Assembly (NCBI GenBank): GCA_965113315.1
Contig: OZ220382.1
Direction: 5' to 3' (one strand)
Origin: Podarcis vaucheri
Lineage: Eukaryota
DNA length: 64,000 nucleotides
The first letter of the stretch is position 1. Each line of letters begins with the position of its first letter. A program made the position numbers and the translations under genes. The notes below the pieces were generated by a model. That model was given only the letters and a program-made list of their open reading frames with translations. It made no database searches and was not told the origin of the DNA. Below, piece by piece: positions 36,011 to 48,575 of the stretch.

Positions 36011-37789
36011 ATTGATGATAGATATCAGTGAAACCATATATCACACAAACTCTACAATCCCCCCCCCCGCCCCGGTCACCTCATTCAAAGGATATGCACC
36101 TGAACCCCTGGAACCTCAACACAACTTTGACATTTAAATTTATTTTTAAATTTGAGACTCATGCATGGAAATTAATATGGAAAAAGGTAAGAGTCATCCA
36201 AAGTGGTTCATTTAGGAAACACACACACACAAAAACAAAAACAAAAAGACACCATTGTTGCATTTCTGACTAATCTAGTAGCAATTTGGCATTCAGGAGA
36301 TTGAACTGCCTTTCCTTTACTAACACAGCAATATCAACCTGACAAAATGATTACGCCTGCATCCGTCATTTGAAAGAGCTGAAATAAAGTCAATATAACA
36401 CAGTGCTGTCAGAGGATAAATGTCTCCGGCTTTGAAAATAAACATCTCACACTTATTTTCCATAAAATGTCTCAGCATTCAGCTGGGAGCAAGGGAGACA
36501 TCATTATCCTGTGACATAGTTCTGTTCTATTTGAATTTTTTTATTCAAGTAGGAAATCCATCACTTGTCGGCAACAACCGGAGAGCATAATGATTCTCGA
36601 TTTTAGATTCCCTGTTCCAGCACGTCTTGCTAACTTTGCATTAAACTTTCAGTTTCTTCTCCTTGTGTTGGAGAGGCAGCTTGGCTGAAAATCTCCTGCT
36701 ATGTCACTGAGCAAATAAATAAATGCAGGGGATCTCCTAGATTGGCTATGGTTTTCCCCTTCCCTGTGTGGGGACTGGGTACACACATCAGGCATCTGGT
36801 TGGCTACTGTAAGAACAGGATGTTGGACTAATGCCCCGAGAACAATAGGCTCTTCTTATGTTATTAGCTAGTATTAGGCATCAGTTTGTCAGTAAGGGAT
36901 TCCTAGACTGATTCTGCTTCTTATGAACATAAGAGTGTAAGAAGTAGCCCTCTAGATACCTATGAAAAGCCTGCAATCCAGACAGGAGCACAACAGCACT
37001 GTCCTCTCATGTGCTTTCCAGAAACCACTATATTTTATTGTTGTAACTTGAAGCAAAACTTGCATCTTTCTTAGCTTTCACTGCTACATTGGGTTTGCAA
37101 TACTCCTCATCTTTGGTTTAGAACGATGTGGGGTGGGGGGGGGGTGAACAGCCTGCTCCTCCTGGCTTAATTGCATAGAATTGCATATTTCTATTGACTC
37201 ATGCAGGGAAAAAATGCAATCATTTGAGGACAAACATTTTTCACCCTTTCCTGTGGCTTGTATGTAGGTCAGGGAGGGGGCCCCCAGGCCAAAGGCTCAA
37301 ATGCCCCCTTCCAGACCACTATAAGGCCCTTGGGACTGTCTCCAAGCCATACTCTCCACCACCAGCCCTCCAAAGTTCCACCTCCCTAGCCTGTACCCCT
37401 CTCCAGTCTTGTTTGTGGTCTCAGTGTGTTTCTGGCTGGCTAGATTGTATTCTTAAATTATGATAATGCCTCTTGCCTGCAAAGATGAAAGTGTGTGTGT
37501 GTGTAAAAACCACTTATTTTTGCATGGCTGGTATGCAGCCTCTAACGCTCTGTCTCTGGCTGTGCCTATTACTTGCATGTGGTCTCCAGAAGGTTGCACA
37601 CAGTGGAATGCAGCCCTTGGATTGGGGGAAAAAAGGTTTCCTGCCCCTGACGTAATTGGTGAAGTCAAGCTTAAATTTCCCCTCAAAATTCCTCTGTATT
37701 GCCATTGAGGTACAGATGCTCTGAGATCATTTTCATTCATGTTCTTCCTTTTTATCCCCCATCCCCCATCGCTCCTCTTCGGGAACAGT

Positions 37790-38850
37790 GTGATATTAGT
37801 GTTATATGCTCAAACCATCTTGCCCCAGGGAACCACCTGGCTGCTGAATTCCGCCCTAGCTGATGTTTCCAACCCATCTTCAAAGTCAGCCCTCCACACA
37901 ACATGATGAAGGTTGCCGGAGTACAGACAACAGAAATTAGGTTATCCCTGCCCAGAGAGGGAGGTGCTTGGGCCACCGGCCAAAGTTGATGGAAGGCACT
38001 CCCACCGAGGCCGCCTGAGCCTCAAGCAACAGCAGTGGATCCAGAAGTACCCACTAGCTTCTTTGGAAGGAAGGTAACAGCATCAAAAGCAGGCAACTTC
38101 ACATCCATCCGGTTTAGGGAACCACCCACTAACAGTGCCCCAATCTTATCTAGATTGAGCTTATGTTTACTGGCTCTTGTTCAGTCCATTACTGAAGCAA
38201 GACCAGCAGATCAGTCCAGCAGTTCTAGTGACACATGTGCAGTTGTCATGGGGAAGCAGAGCTGAGTGTCATCAGCATATTGTACTCCAAAACTCTGGGT
38301 GACCCCCTCAATGGTTTCATGTAGATGCTAAACAGCATGGGGGATAGAACTGAACCCCACATTGAAGGCTCCACAGGGCTGACTCTCTAACCATCATCCT
38401 CTGAAAACGACTATCCAAGGAGGACTGGAACCACCACAAAGTGGTACCACCAACCCCTAACTCAGACTGCTGCAGAAGGATACCATGGTTGAAAGAACCA
38501 AAGGCCAATGAGAGACCAAGAAGAATTAACAGGGATGCATTTCCTCTGTCTCTCTCCTGAAAGAAGTCATCATACAGGGTGACTAGAGCAGTTTCCATGC
38601 CAAAACTGGGCCTAAACCCCAGTTGAAATGGATCTAGAAAATTTGTTTCCTCCAAGGACACCTGGATCTGGTCCTTGACCACCAGCTCAAGAACCTTGCC
38701 CAAGAAGGGGAGATTAGCAACTGGCTGGTAGTTACTTCGGTATTCTGAGTCCAGGGAAGGTTTCTTAAGGCGTGGCTTACCACTGCCTCTTTCAAGCAGG
38801 CATGGACCACCTCCTCTTGCAAGGAGGCATTAATCACCTCCCTGGTTCAG
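37790..38850 (-). mobile_element. Degenerate L2 LINE RT/C-terminal fragment
   Basis: LDPFQLGFRPSFGMETALV...LLILLGLSLAF, QYADDTQL (38260-38283), RNSAARWFPGARWFEHIT. Confidence 0.88.
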
Positions 38851-39116
38851 CTTCCATGAGGCATCCTGAAGCGATCAACTATATTTTTTATGATTCTTTT
38901 TTCTTTTCTTTTTTGAGGGGTGATGCATGCAGTACATTCCTATGAAGTAATTATTGTTTTAAGGATTGCAGCTTCTTTCGCAGTGAAACCAAAGGGAATT
39001 AAAAATATTTAAACATGGGCTTAATTGTAAAGATTAGCTTAGGTTCTGATCTTGTCTGGCAAAAAAAATCACACAGGAAGCTTACATTAGACATGATTAA
39101 GTTCTCCTAAACTGTT

Positions 39117-39118
<2 letters not shown>

Positions 39119-39154
<36 letters not shown>
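39119..39154. repeat. (AC)n microsatellite (also 43338-43364, 60633-60664; (TATG)n 41981-42006)
   Basis: Direct observation. Confidence 0.95.
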
Positions 39155-39156
<2 letters not shown>

Positions 39157-39914
39157 AGATTCTACTTTTTCACTGTAAAAATGATTCATTGATGTCAGAA
39201 TCAAAATTTCACTTCAGTTAATGAACTAAAAAGATGTTTTACACAGTAGACGCACCATTTCATCTCTACTCTAAACACTTTGGACTTTGTGTTGAGCAAC
39301 CTGTTTTGATGTTATCCTTCATTTCAAGGATATATATTCTTAATTCCCCCCTACCCAAATTCTTTTCATCTTACTAAAAGGGGGAAAAACAAAGCAAAGT
39401 GGTGACAGATGAAGCCAGGGTCCACCATCCATCTTGAAGGGAGAGCAGGAGACTTTGCATGCAAATGAAGACTATCATTCACGCCAACCTGACAACTAGA
39501 GCATGGAAAATCTGCATTCAATTAACACTCTATGACCAATAAGACCACTTCTTACAGACACCTCTTACAGAAATGACAATTATGAGTGGATTTTGAAGTC
39601 TTAGGGTGCAATCCTAACCCCAGCTGTTGCCTGCTGGGGCTTAACGGAGCAGGGGGAGGGCACAGCTACACTTGTGGGGGGAAGTGCAGGCTGATCACTG
39701 CACCAGCTTGAATTGCGCCCCATGCCATCACATGATGGCAGTGCAGTTGTCTCATGAGCCAATGGATCCCTGGCTGATTAAGCCCCTCCCTCCCTCTCTC
39801 CACCCCCCCCATTTCTGAGCTTTTTGCCTGCCCATACATTATGCATTTATGCATGCATTGAAACTTTGAAACCAACTTTCTGCAAACCAATCGAGAAAGT
39901 ATGCATCACAACAC

Positions 39915-40135
39915 TAAAAAAAGGGTGTCCTATAAACATCAAGGCAATAAAGCATGGTTAGAAACATTAGCACCAGCAGCAATAGCACTATACTTATTTT
40001 AAAGGTCTTTAAGTGTGTGTGTGTTTTGACACCTTTCCTAAAAGCTGAGAAAAAGAGGGTGGGAACTGGACCATAGCTCCACAGGGAATGCATTCCACAA
40101 TATAAGAATGATACAGGAGAAAGCCCTCTCACACT
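39915..40135 (-). mobile_element. Old L2 3' end
   Basis: ERAFS...LWNAFPVELW remnant on the minus strand plus AT-rich 3' UTR. Confidence 0.6.
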
Positions 40136-42771
40136 TGTCTGTAAAGAAGACTTTTGTAACGATGAGCTGTAGCTCAGTGGTACGGTATCTGCTTTTCATG
40201 CAGAAGGTCTCAGGTTCAATCCCTGACTTCTCCAAGAAGGGTTGGGAATGTCCTCTGCCTGAAACCCTGGAGAGCCACTGCTAGGCAGAGTAGACAGTGG
40301 TGAGCTAAATGGACCAATGATCTCACTCTGTATAAGGCACCTTCCTCTATACAGCAGCCAGGAGGACAGTGCTCTAGGGACAGAATGAGCCCCCCCTTTG
40401 GAGCTGCAGCAGGTTCCCAGAAAGTCAACTTCTGAAACCAACTCTGCAATGAACAACGCTCCCATCTATCCATAATTCTGGTCTAAGGCTCCTGAAAGCA
40501 CATTTAGATTGGAATACCATTCCAAATTTGCAGCTGGTGTTATTCATGCTCTCTGCACTCTGCAGGTGTGTTTTAGGCTAGTGCAAACAAAAACCACAAA
40601 GTTGAGACTTGGGCACTTGATAAGTTATATCAGCTCCGTGTTGCATTCTTTGGATAAGCTCAGCTCAGCTCAACCAAAGCAGCAGGATGCTCACTCTCTA
40701 AATCCCAAACAAAGTCAGATTAAACACTCCCATAAGCACTTCTCATTAGGGCTTAAGCCTTCAGAGAGCAATTCTTTGTACATGCCAAACCAGATGAAGG
40801 TACTTTGCAGCCCCCTCCAGCAAAGCAAGAAAATCCACCCTTTTTCTTTAGGATGAAATTTTAAATAAATAAACAGACTGCATAATAAAATAAACACACT
40901 GCAGCCCATAAACATGGATGTAACTAATGTTTGTCAGGGCTGGGCTGAGGAATCAGATGGTGTTATTTTGTATGAGAATATGGGTGTTGCAATTATGGAT
41001 GGGCGAGAAATTCAGTTCAGTTCACATCTGAGGGGAAATCCTGGAACACTTCCTGGAACACAGATACCCATTCAGATTTGCACTTCTCTGAATTTTGCAA
41101 TGCGGTTCTCCAGCCAAATAATGTGCACATATTAGCTGGAAGTGTGCATAAGACTGCATACCTTAGAGAAAACATACAAAGATGCATTATCTCAAGGGAA
41201 ATTGTTTTCAGAAATATTAGGCAAATTTGCCCACAAAAATGTGTATGTTAGCTGTATGTGGAATGAGGAGAAATGGATTCAAGAGTTTTAAAAATGAGAA
41301 ACCAGGAGAAACTGGAATTAACAGATTTGCTCACCATTAGTTACAAGCAGGTCTCTGTTTCCACCTGTGAAACACTGGAGTAGATGTAGATGATTACCAG
41401 CTTTGCACATAAAAGATGAAGCAACATAGTGCTGCCCAGCCATAGGCAACAAGGAATTCCATGCAGGTGACTAAGAGGAATGGCAGAGCAGGGACAGAGG
41501 GATCTAACCCATCTGTGTGCCCAGCATGGGAGCAAAAAAATCTACCAGAGGACAGAAACCCTTAGGCAAGTTCAATGTAAAATTCAGTGGGCTGCTGATT
41601 GAAAGATGGAGCACTCCACTCTACCTCTTCTTGTCTTCAGTAGGCTAGCATTGCTCTCCCCACCTGTGACTATAACTTTTGTGGGCTTCTTTAAAAGGCT
41701 GAATAGGTGACAACTGTGACTACTATTTATGACCCAATAAAAATGTACAAAAACTCCTATACAGCTTGGGTGCACTGATAATGGTAGATTTTAAATAGCA
41801 TACCCGCCATGAGGAGTTTTTTTTTTTGGGGGGGGGGTTGGCCCAAGAAACCTTACTATATCGAGCAGTGATGGAAAGACTGGTCTATTTTAAGTTCCTT
41901 TCCCTTTCACATATCTTCATTCATAAGTCTGTCCCAACGCAGTGTCTGCATCAATCTGCAGCTTTGTCAAAAAATTGTGTGTATGTATGTATGTATGTAT
42001 GTATGTTCACATACACAACACACACACATGCATTTTGTCCCCTAGTATGTATTTATTTCCTCACCCTCCATGCATATTAACCTTAAACTGATTTTTTTTT
42101 TTTGCAACAACAACAACAAAAAAAAGAAGCAGGAAAATTTAGAGAAGTGGGAAAACTGAAGGATTACCTTCTTCTGGTCTATGTATTTAGCCCAGGAACT
42201 GCAAATTAGATCAAGTAATTTAAACATGTAGACCATATGAAATCCTTGAGGATTCCTGGGATCAAGCAGAATACATGATCTGCCACTTGGGCTTCCCCTT
42301 AAGGGCAGGGCTGGTGCTCTTGGAGGAGGAGTGTGCTCACCCCTGTCTTCTGCCTTCCTCGCAGTGTCAAGAGTCATTTTAATCAAAGAACATCCAGCTA
42401 AGGCTTTCTGTTCAAAGAAAGCTGCTTGCGGGCTTGGTTGGTTTCTTCCAGATAGAGTGTGCGATGTCTGAGTAAGCTTGTCTCTCATCTGCATCTCAAC
42501 AGGTATCGGGGCAATGCTACGCTCTTAAACAAGACTCAAAAATTTTCCCCCAGTAGGAATGTGGTATTTTATAACAAGACGGGGGGCGGGGGGGAGAGAA
42601 AGCACCACAACACATTGCTATGATGTTCTAGAAATCAGTGCATGCTTATAGTGGAGGGTGGCCCATGAGGGCACTGCCTCAGCAACCTCAGTTTCCCCTC
42701 AGCCAGCCTTCCTTCTTGCTTACAACCAATTCAGTGGGTGGAACTGGCTATCACTTTCCTTCTCTTTTGTC

Positions 42772-42874
42772 TCATAAAATCATAGAATAGTAGAGTTGGA
42801 AGGGACCTCAATGGGGATTGAACCCACGACCTTGGCAATATCAGTACCACACTCTAACCAACTGAGCTAACCAG
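42772..42874 (-). mobile_element. tRNA-Ile-derived SINE with CR1 3' tail
   Basis: Minus strand ctggttagctcagttggttagagtgtggtactgatattgccaaggtcgtgggttcaatcccc (tRNA-Ile-like) fused to ggtcccttccaactctactattctatgattttatga (CR1 end). Confidence 0.8.
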
Positions 42875-44520
42875 TATCTCAAGAGTGCTGCACCTTGTAA
42901 AACCAAGTGGGGGGGGGGAGGATGCTGGAGAGACACTGAAGAACTGAATAGGTATAGCTACACTACAAACTTTGACCAGTTTCAGGGCAGTTTAATTGTC
43001 ACGGCTTCTGCTGGTGCATTTGCACGGTGCCAGTCTCCTGACTGCCTTGCCCCTTCAACTCTCCCTCCTGGTAAGCAGTAGCAACTCTGCTGCTGGGGGG
43101 GCAGGTTAGCACTGCAGCGCCACTCCACCACCTGCAACTGCCATTTCCTGGTGCTGCACATATAAATGGTTGCGTGTGACTGGACCGCGCACAAGTGGGG
43201 GAGTTGTCTACATAAATTTTGGGAACCTTAAATATGGGTGGTTCTGTATGCAAAGTGTATGCCCTACCCCTCAGCTATGCCCCCTCTCTGCAGATGTTAC
43301 TGTTTATAGCCAAGACAACATACTATCCATGAAGTCATACACACACACACACACACACACACACAGGATCTGTTCCTATTACATCTGTCAGCAAGCATAA
43401 TGTACAAGCAGAATCTGGGTCCCTTCTTTCTGCAACTGGCACCTACCAAGCTGGCAGTGAAAGATATCTGGTTGCTGGGCATGCACAAACATAGACTCTT
43501 ATATGCAGCCGTGTGAAACGTATTCTGCTGCTGGGTCAGCTGTGCCCTAATTTCTGACGGGTGCTAACTCCAGTGATCCTTGGGGCTGAGCACTTCTCAG
43601 ACTGAAGCAAATGAGAAGAATTTTATTTTATCATTTCTGCAAAGTAAAAACAAAAACAAAACCCAAGCCTCATCTTCAGCACTTCTCTGTAGAGTTTTCA
43701 CACCTCATTACCAAAGTACCATAAAGGGAACTGAACTAACACGCCATACGGCTAAGTGCCACAAGTATCTCTCCCTTTGACGGGACTGTCAGGCCGTCAT
43801 TTCAGTGTTGCAGGTTTTAGGCTGAGGAGTTCAGAACCTTTGCAGGCAAAAGCCTTGCCCTGCTTTTCAGCCTTTAATTGGCACAGCCCCTGCTGTTTGC
43901 AAATTGATGTGGTTGGGGATTTTCTTACTCTTTTGAAAAACAGACGGTGGGGTTTTGCTTTGCTGCTGAAAAACAACGTAGGCAACTGATGGCAACAAAT
44001 ACTGATATTGTTGTTATTGTTATTATCAACATTATTTTTATTATTCTAGGAACCAAGAAACTCCAAAGCGATTTTGTATCAAAGAAATGTAGCCTCTGGC
44101 TTCTGCATCTATGAATGATGAGAAACATTACTCCCAGTGACATCTCTTTGTCAGACTTGCTGAGGCTAAAGATAGACAGAATCCATTTGTATAAATTGCA
44201 GCTTTGCTCCTGACGGATTACAAAAATATATGGTGCTCGGCTTAGGTCTCAAACCATTAATATAGTTAAAATATGCCATCTTTTTTCTCCCCCTGGTGAG
44301 TACCTCCAAAGCTATCATCAATCAAAAATAATTCACTAAATATACAATTTAAGCAGCAATAGAAAGAGAAATATGGCACACTATATCACCTGTCATTGCA
44401 TCAAATGTCTCTATTTGTCAACCGGAGAAACAACTCAAGATTTTCAAGGTCTGTGATATGCACGATTCATAACCAGATTCCTTCCTACACCCAACCAATC
44501 AGCGTTGCACCCTTCCAAAG

Positions 44521-44609
44521 CAGCCTTCCCTAACATGGCGCCATCGAGATGTTATTGGGTCACAACTCCCACTGTCCCTGACCATTGGCCATGCTGGCTG
44601 AGGCTAATG
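44521..44609. mobile_element. hAT-like MITE, left part (right part ~48695-48737)
   Basis: cagccttccctaac...caactccc...cctgaccattggccatgctggctg; resumes after the nested elements. Confidence 0.7.
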
Positions 44610-45097
44610 CAGTGGTGTAGCACAGGTTGCCAGGGTCAGGGTGCCAGAGGGAGGGTGGCTGTGGCAGATCAAGACCTCACCACTGAGTTGTAGCAGTCTG
44701 ACAGGAGATGAAGGAGACCAGGCAGCATGTGCAGAATGAGGCAAAATGAAGGGAGGGTGAAAGAGGCTTGAAGCCACCCCGTGAGAAGGGCAGATCTGAG
44801 GGCTGTGCTGCCCCATTCGTAAAGGAGGAGGAGGCTGACAGAGCCTCTTGCCTCTCTTTGGTGGGCAGTGGCAGCTGCTGTGGTGCCCTCCCCCTCCCTC
44901 TTGAGTGGCCCAAGGATGGGGTGCCTTTGAGCACCCCTTCACTGGTCACAAGGAGAAGGAGATGACACCCTGAAGGTCTGGCCCAGGCCAGGCATGTGTT
45001 GGCTTGCCCACTTAGAATCATAGAATCATAGAATCATAGAGTTGGAAGAGACCCCAAGGGCCATCGAGTCCAACCCCCTGCCAAGCAGGAAACACCA

Positions 45098-48018
45098 TCA
45101 GAGCACTCCTGACATATGGTTGTCAAGCCTCTGCTTAAAGACCTCCAAAGTAGGAGACTCCACCACACTCCTGGGCAGCAAATTCCACTGTCGAACAGCT
45201 CTTACTGTCAGGAAGTTCTTCCTAATGTTTAGGTGGAATCTTCTTTCTTGTAGTTTGGATCCATTGCTCCGTGTCCGCTTCTCCGGAGCAGCAGAAAACA
45301 ACCTTTCTCCCTCCTCTATGTGACATCCTTTTATATATTTGAACATGGCTATCATATCACCCCTTAACCTCCTCTTCTCCAGGCTAAACATGCCCAGCTC
45401 CCTTAGCCATTCCTCATAAGGCATCGTTTCCAGGCCTTTGACCATTTTGGTTGCCCTCCTCTGGACACGTTCCAGTTTGTCAGTGTCCTTCTTGAATTGT
45501 GGTGCCCAGAACTGGACACAGTACTCCAGGTGTGGTCTGACCAGAGCAGAATACAGTGGCACTATTACTTCCCTTGATCTAGATGCTATACTCCTATTGA
45601 TGCAGCCCAGAATTGCATTGGCTTTTTTAGCTGCCGCGTCACACTGTTGGCTCATGTCAAGTTTGTGGTCAACCAAGACTCCTAGATCCTTTTCACATGT
45701 ATTGCTCTCAAGCCAGGTGTCACCCATCTTGTATTTGTGCCTCTCATTTTTTTTGCCCAAGTGCAATACTTTACATTTCTCCCTGTTAAAATTCATCTTG
45801 TTTATTTTTGCCCAGTTCTCTAATCTGTCAAGGTCGTTTTGAAGTGTGATCCTGTCCTCTGGGGTGTTAGCCACCCCTCCCAGTTTGGTGTCATCTGCAA
45901 ATTTGATCAGGATGCCCTTGAGTCCATCATCCAAGTCGTTGATAAAGATGTTGAATAAGACCGGGCCCAAGACAGAGCCCTGTGGCACCCCACTAGTCAC
46001 TCTTCTCCAGGATGAAGAGGAACCATTGATGAGCACCCTTTGGGTTCGGTCAGTCAGCCAGTTACAAATCCACTGAGTGGTAGCATAGTCAAGACCGCAT
46101 TTTACCAGCTTCTTTACAAGAATATCATGGGGCACCTTGTCAAATGCCTTGCTGAAATCAAGGTAGGCTACATCCACTGCGTTCCCTTCATCTACCAGGC
46201 TTGTAATTCTGTCAAAAAACGAGATCAGGTTAGTCTGACATGACTTATTTTTCAGAAATCCATGCTGACTATTGGTGATCACAGCATTCCTTTCTAGGTG
46301 CTCACAGACTGTTTGCTTAATGATCTGCTCCAGAATCTTCCCTGCTATTGATGTCAGACTGACTGGGCGGTAATTATTTGGGTCCTCTCTTTTCCCCTTT
46401 TTGAAAATAGGGACAACATTTGCCCTCCTCCAGTCTGCCGGGACTTCGCCTGTTCTCCAGGAATTCTCAAAGATGACTGCCAGTGGTTCTGAGATCACAT
46501 CTGCCAGTTCTTTTAATACTCTTGGATGCAGTTCATCTGGCCCTGGAGACTTGAATACATCTAAACTAGCCAAATATTCTTGTACTATCTCCTTAGTTAT
46601 TCTGGGCTGTGTTTCCTTTGCTGAATCATTTGCTCCAAATTCTTCAGGTCGGGCATTGTTTTCTTTATCGGAGAAGACTGAGGCAAAGAAGGCATTGAGT
46701 AGTTCAGCCCTTTCTGTGTCCCCTGTTTGCATTTCACCATCTTCTCCTCTGAGTGACCCCACAGTTTCTTTGTTCTTCCTTTTGCTACGAACATACCCAT
46801 AAAAGCCTTTTTTGTTGCTTTTAACCTCTCTAGCAAGCCTGAGTTCATTCTGTGCTTTAGCTTTTCTGACTTTGTGTCTACATGTGCTGGCTTTTTGTTT
46901 GAATTCCTCTTTGGTGGTTTCCCCCCTTTTCCATTTTTTGTACACATCCTTTTTTAATCTTAATTCAGTTAAAAGTTCTTTAGATAGCCACCCTGGCTTC
47001 TTTAGGCACCTTCCATGTTTCCGTCTCATTGGTATTGCCTGACGTTGTGCTTTTAGTATCTCCCTCTTAACAAACTCCCAGCCATCATGAACTCCCTTTC
47101 CTTTTAGTATTGTTGTCCATGGGATCTCACCCAGCACTTCCCTAAGTTTTATGAAGTCGGCTTTCTTAAAGTCAAGAAATTGAGTCCTAGTATGCTTGGC
47201 TGCTCCTTTCCGCTGTATAGTAAACTTCAGAAGAGCATGATCACTCGCGCCTAATGATCCTTCCACATCTACCCCACTAACCAGGTCATCAACATTGGTT
47301 AGGACCAGGTCTAAAATGGCTGTTCCTCTTGTTGCTTCTCCCACTTTCTGGACAATGAAGTTGTCTGCAAGGCCAGTGAGGAATCTGTTTGACCTTATGC
47401 TCTTGGCTGAGTTTGACGTCCAACAAATATCCGGGTAATTGAAGTCCCCCATTACTACTATCTCCCTTCCTTTTGCATGCTTGGCCATCTGTTCCAGGAA
47501 GGCATCATCTATGTCCTCCGTTTGGCTTGGGGATCTATAGTAAACTCCCACAATGAGGTCTCTGTTATTCTTCTCTCCCTTAATTTTGACCCAAATGCTC
47601 TCACTTTGGCTTTGAGGATCTAAATCTTGGATCTCTTCACAGGTATACACATCCCTGACATATAACGCCACTCCTCCTCCTTTCTTGTCTGGTCTGTTCT
47701 CTGAAATAGATTGTATCCCCCCATTATTACATTCCAATCGTGGGACTTATCCCACCAGGTTTTAGTGATGCCTATTATGTCATATTTAGTTTGCTGTACC
47801 AAGAGCTCAAGCTCATCTTGTTTATTTCCCATGCTTTGCGCATTAGTGTACAGACATTGAAGTCCATTAATCATTCCGCCGTGTCTCTTATTTAAGGATT
47901 TTTTCCTCCCACCACTAGGTCCGTGTGCTGTTTTCTCCATTTGGTCTATGACATTTGGATGATCATCTTCATTAATTGATAGGCTCCTACCTTCAGGAGC
48001 ACTGTCTCCCTCCCCCAC
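45098..48018 (-). pseudogene. CR1 ORF2 (APE endonuclease + reverse transcriptase) with one 1-bp frameshift
   Basis: LQCLYTNAQSMGNK...YNLFQR (47620-48018 ORF) joins [14 protein letters not shown]...GDFN...SDH...[10 protein letters not shown]...FADD (45098-47737 ORF) via a missing base near 47697; ITETWW motif reads ITKTWW. Confidence 0.96.
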
Positions 48019-48023
48019 ATTAG

Positions 48024-48575
48024 TTAGTTTAAAGCCCTCCTGATGAGGTTTCTGAGATTTTTGGCAAAAACATTTCTCCCAACCGTTGTGAGGTGCAGCC
48101 CATCACTTGCCAGAAGTCCATCTTCAAGAAACTGCAGTCCGTGATCTAAGAATCCAAACCGTTCCTGTTTACACCATTTGCGAAGCCAGCTGTTCACTTC
48201 CACTATTTTCCCCTCTCTCCCTGGGCCACGTCGTTCAACTGGAAGGACAGACGAGATGACAATTTGTGCATTTAGTTGCTTCAATTTCCTGCCGAGAGCC
48301 TCGTAGTCTCTTTTGATCTTCTGGAGGCTATTGCTTGCAGTGTCATTGGTTCCCACATGAACCAAGAGGAAGGGGTATTTGTCAGTGGGTTTTATGATTC
48401 CTTGCAGTCGTTCAGTTACATCTTGGATCTTAGCCCCGGGGAGACAGCACACTTCCCGAGACATCTTGTCAGGCCCACAGATCACTGCTTCTGTTCCCCT
48501 CAGTAGGGAATCCCCTATCACCACTACACGCCTCCTCTTGGGTTTGGTCGGGGTTCTTCCGTGAGCATCTCCAGC
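48024..48575 (-). pseudogene. CR1 ORF1 C-terminal SGNH/GDSL esterase domain (5'-truncated)
   Basis: VVVIGDSLLRG, LPGAKIQDV, VHVGTND, DGLHL motifs; ends RRALN*. Confidence 0.93.

Larger units (their letters stand above)
45013..48575 (-). mobile_element. Young CR1 LINE, 5'-truncated within ORF1 (~3.56 kb)
   Basis: (ATTCTATG)n tail, complete ORF2 region, ORF1 esterase domain. Confidence 0.98.

Noticed and set aside
42800-42874. tRNA-Ile gene
   Set aside because: Acceptor stem and anticodon arm are degenerate and it is fused to a CR1 tail, so it is a SINE. The same applies to the tRNA-like heads at 1558 and 40165.
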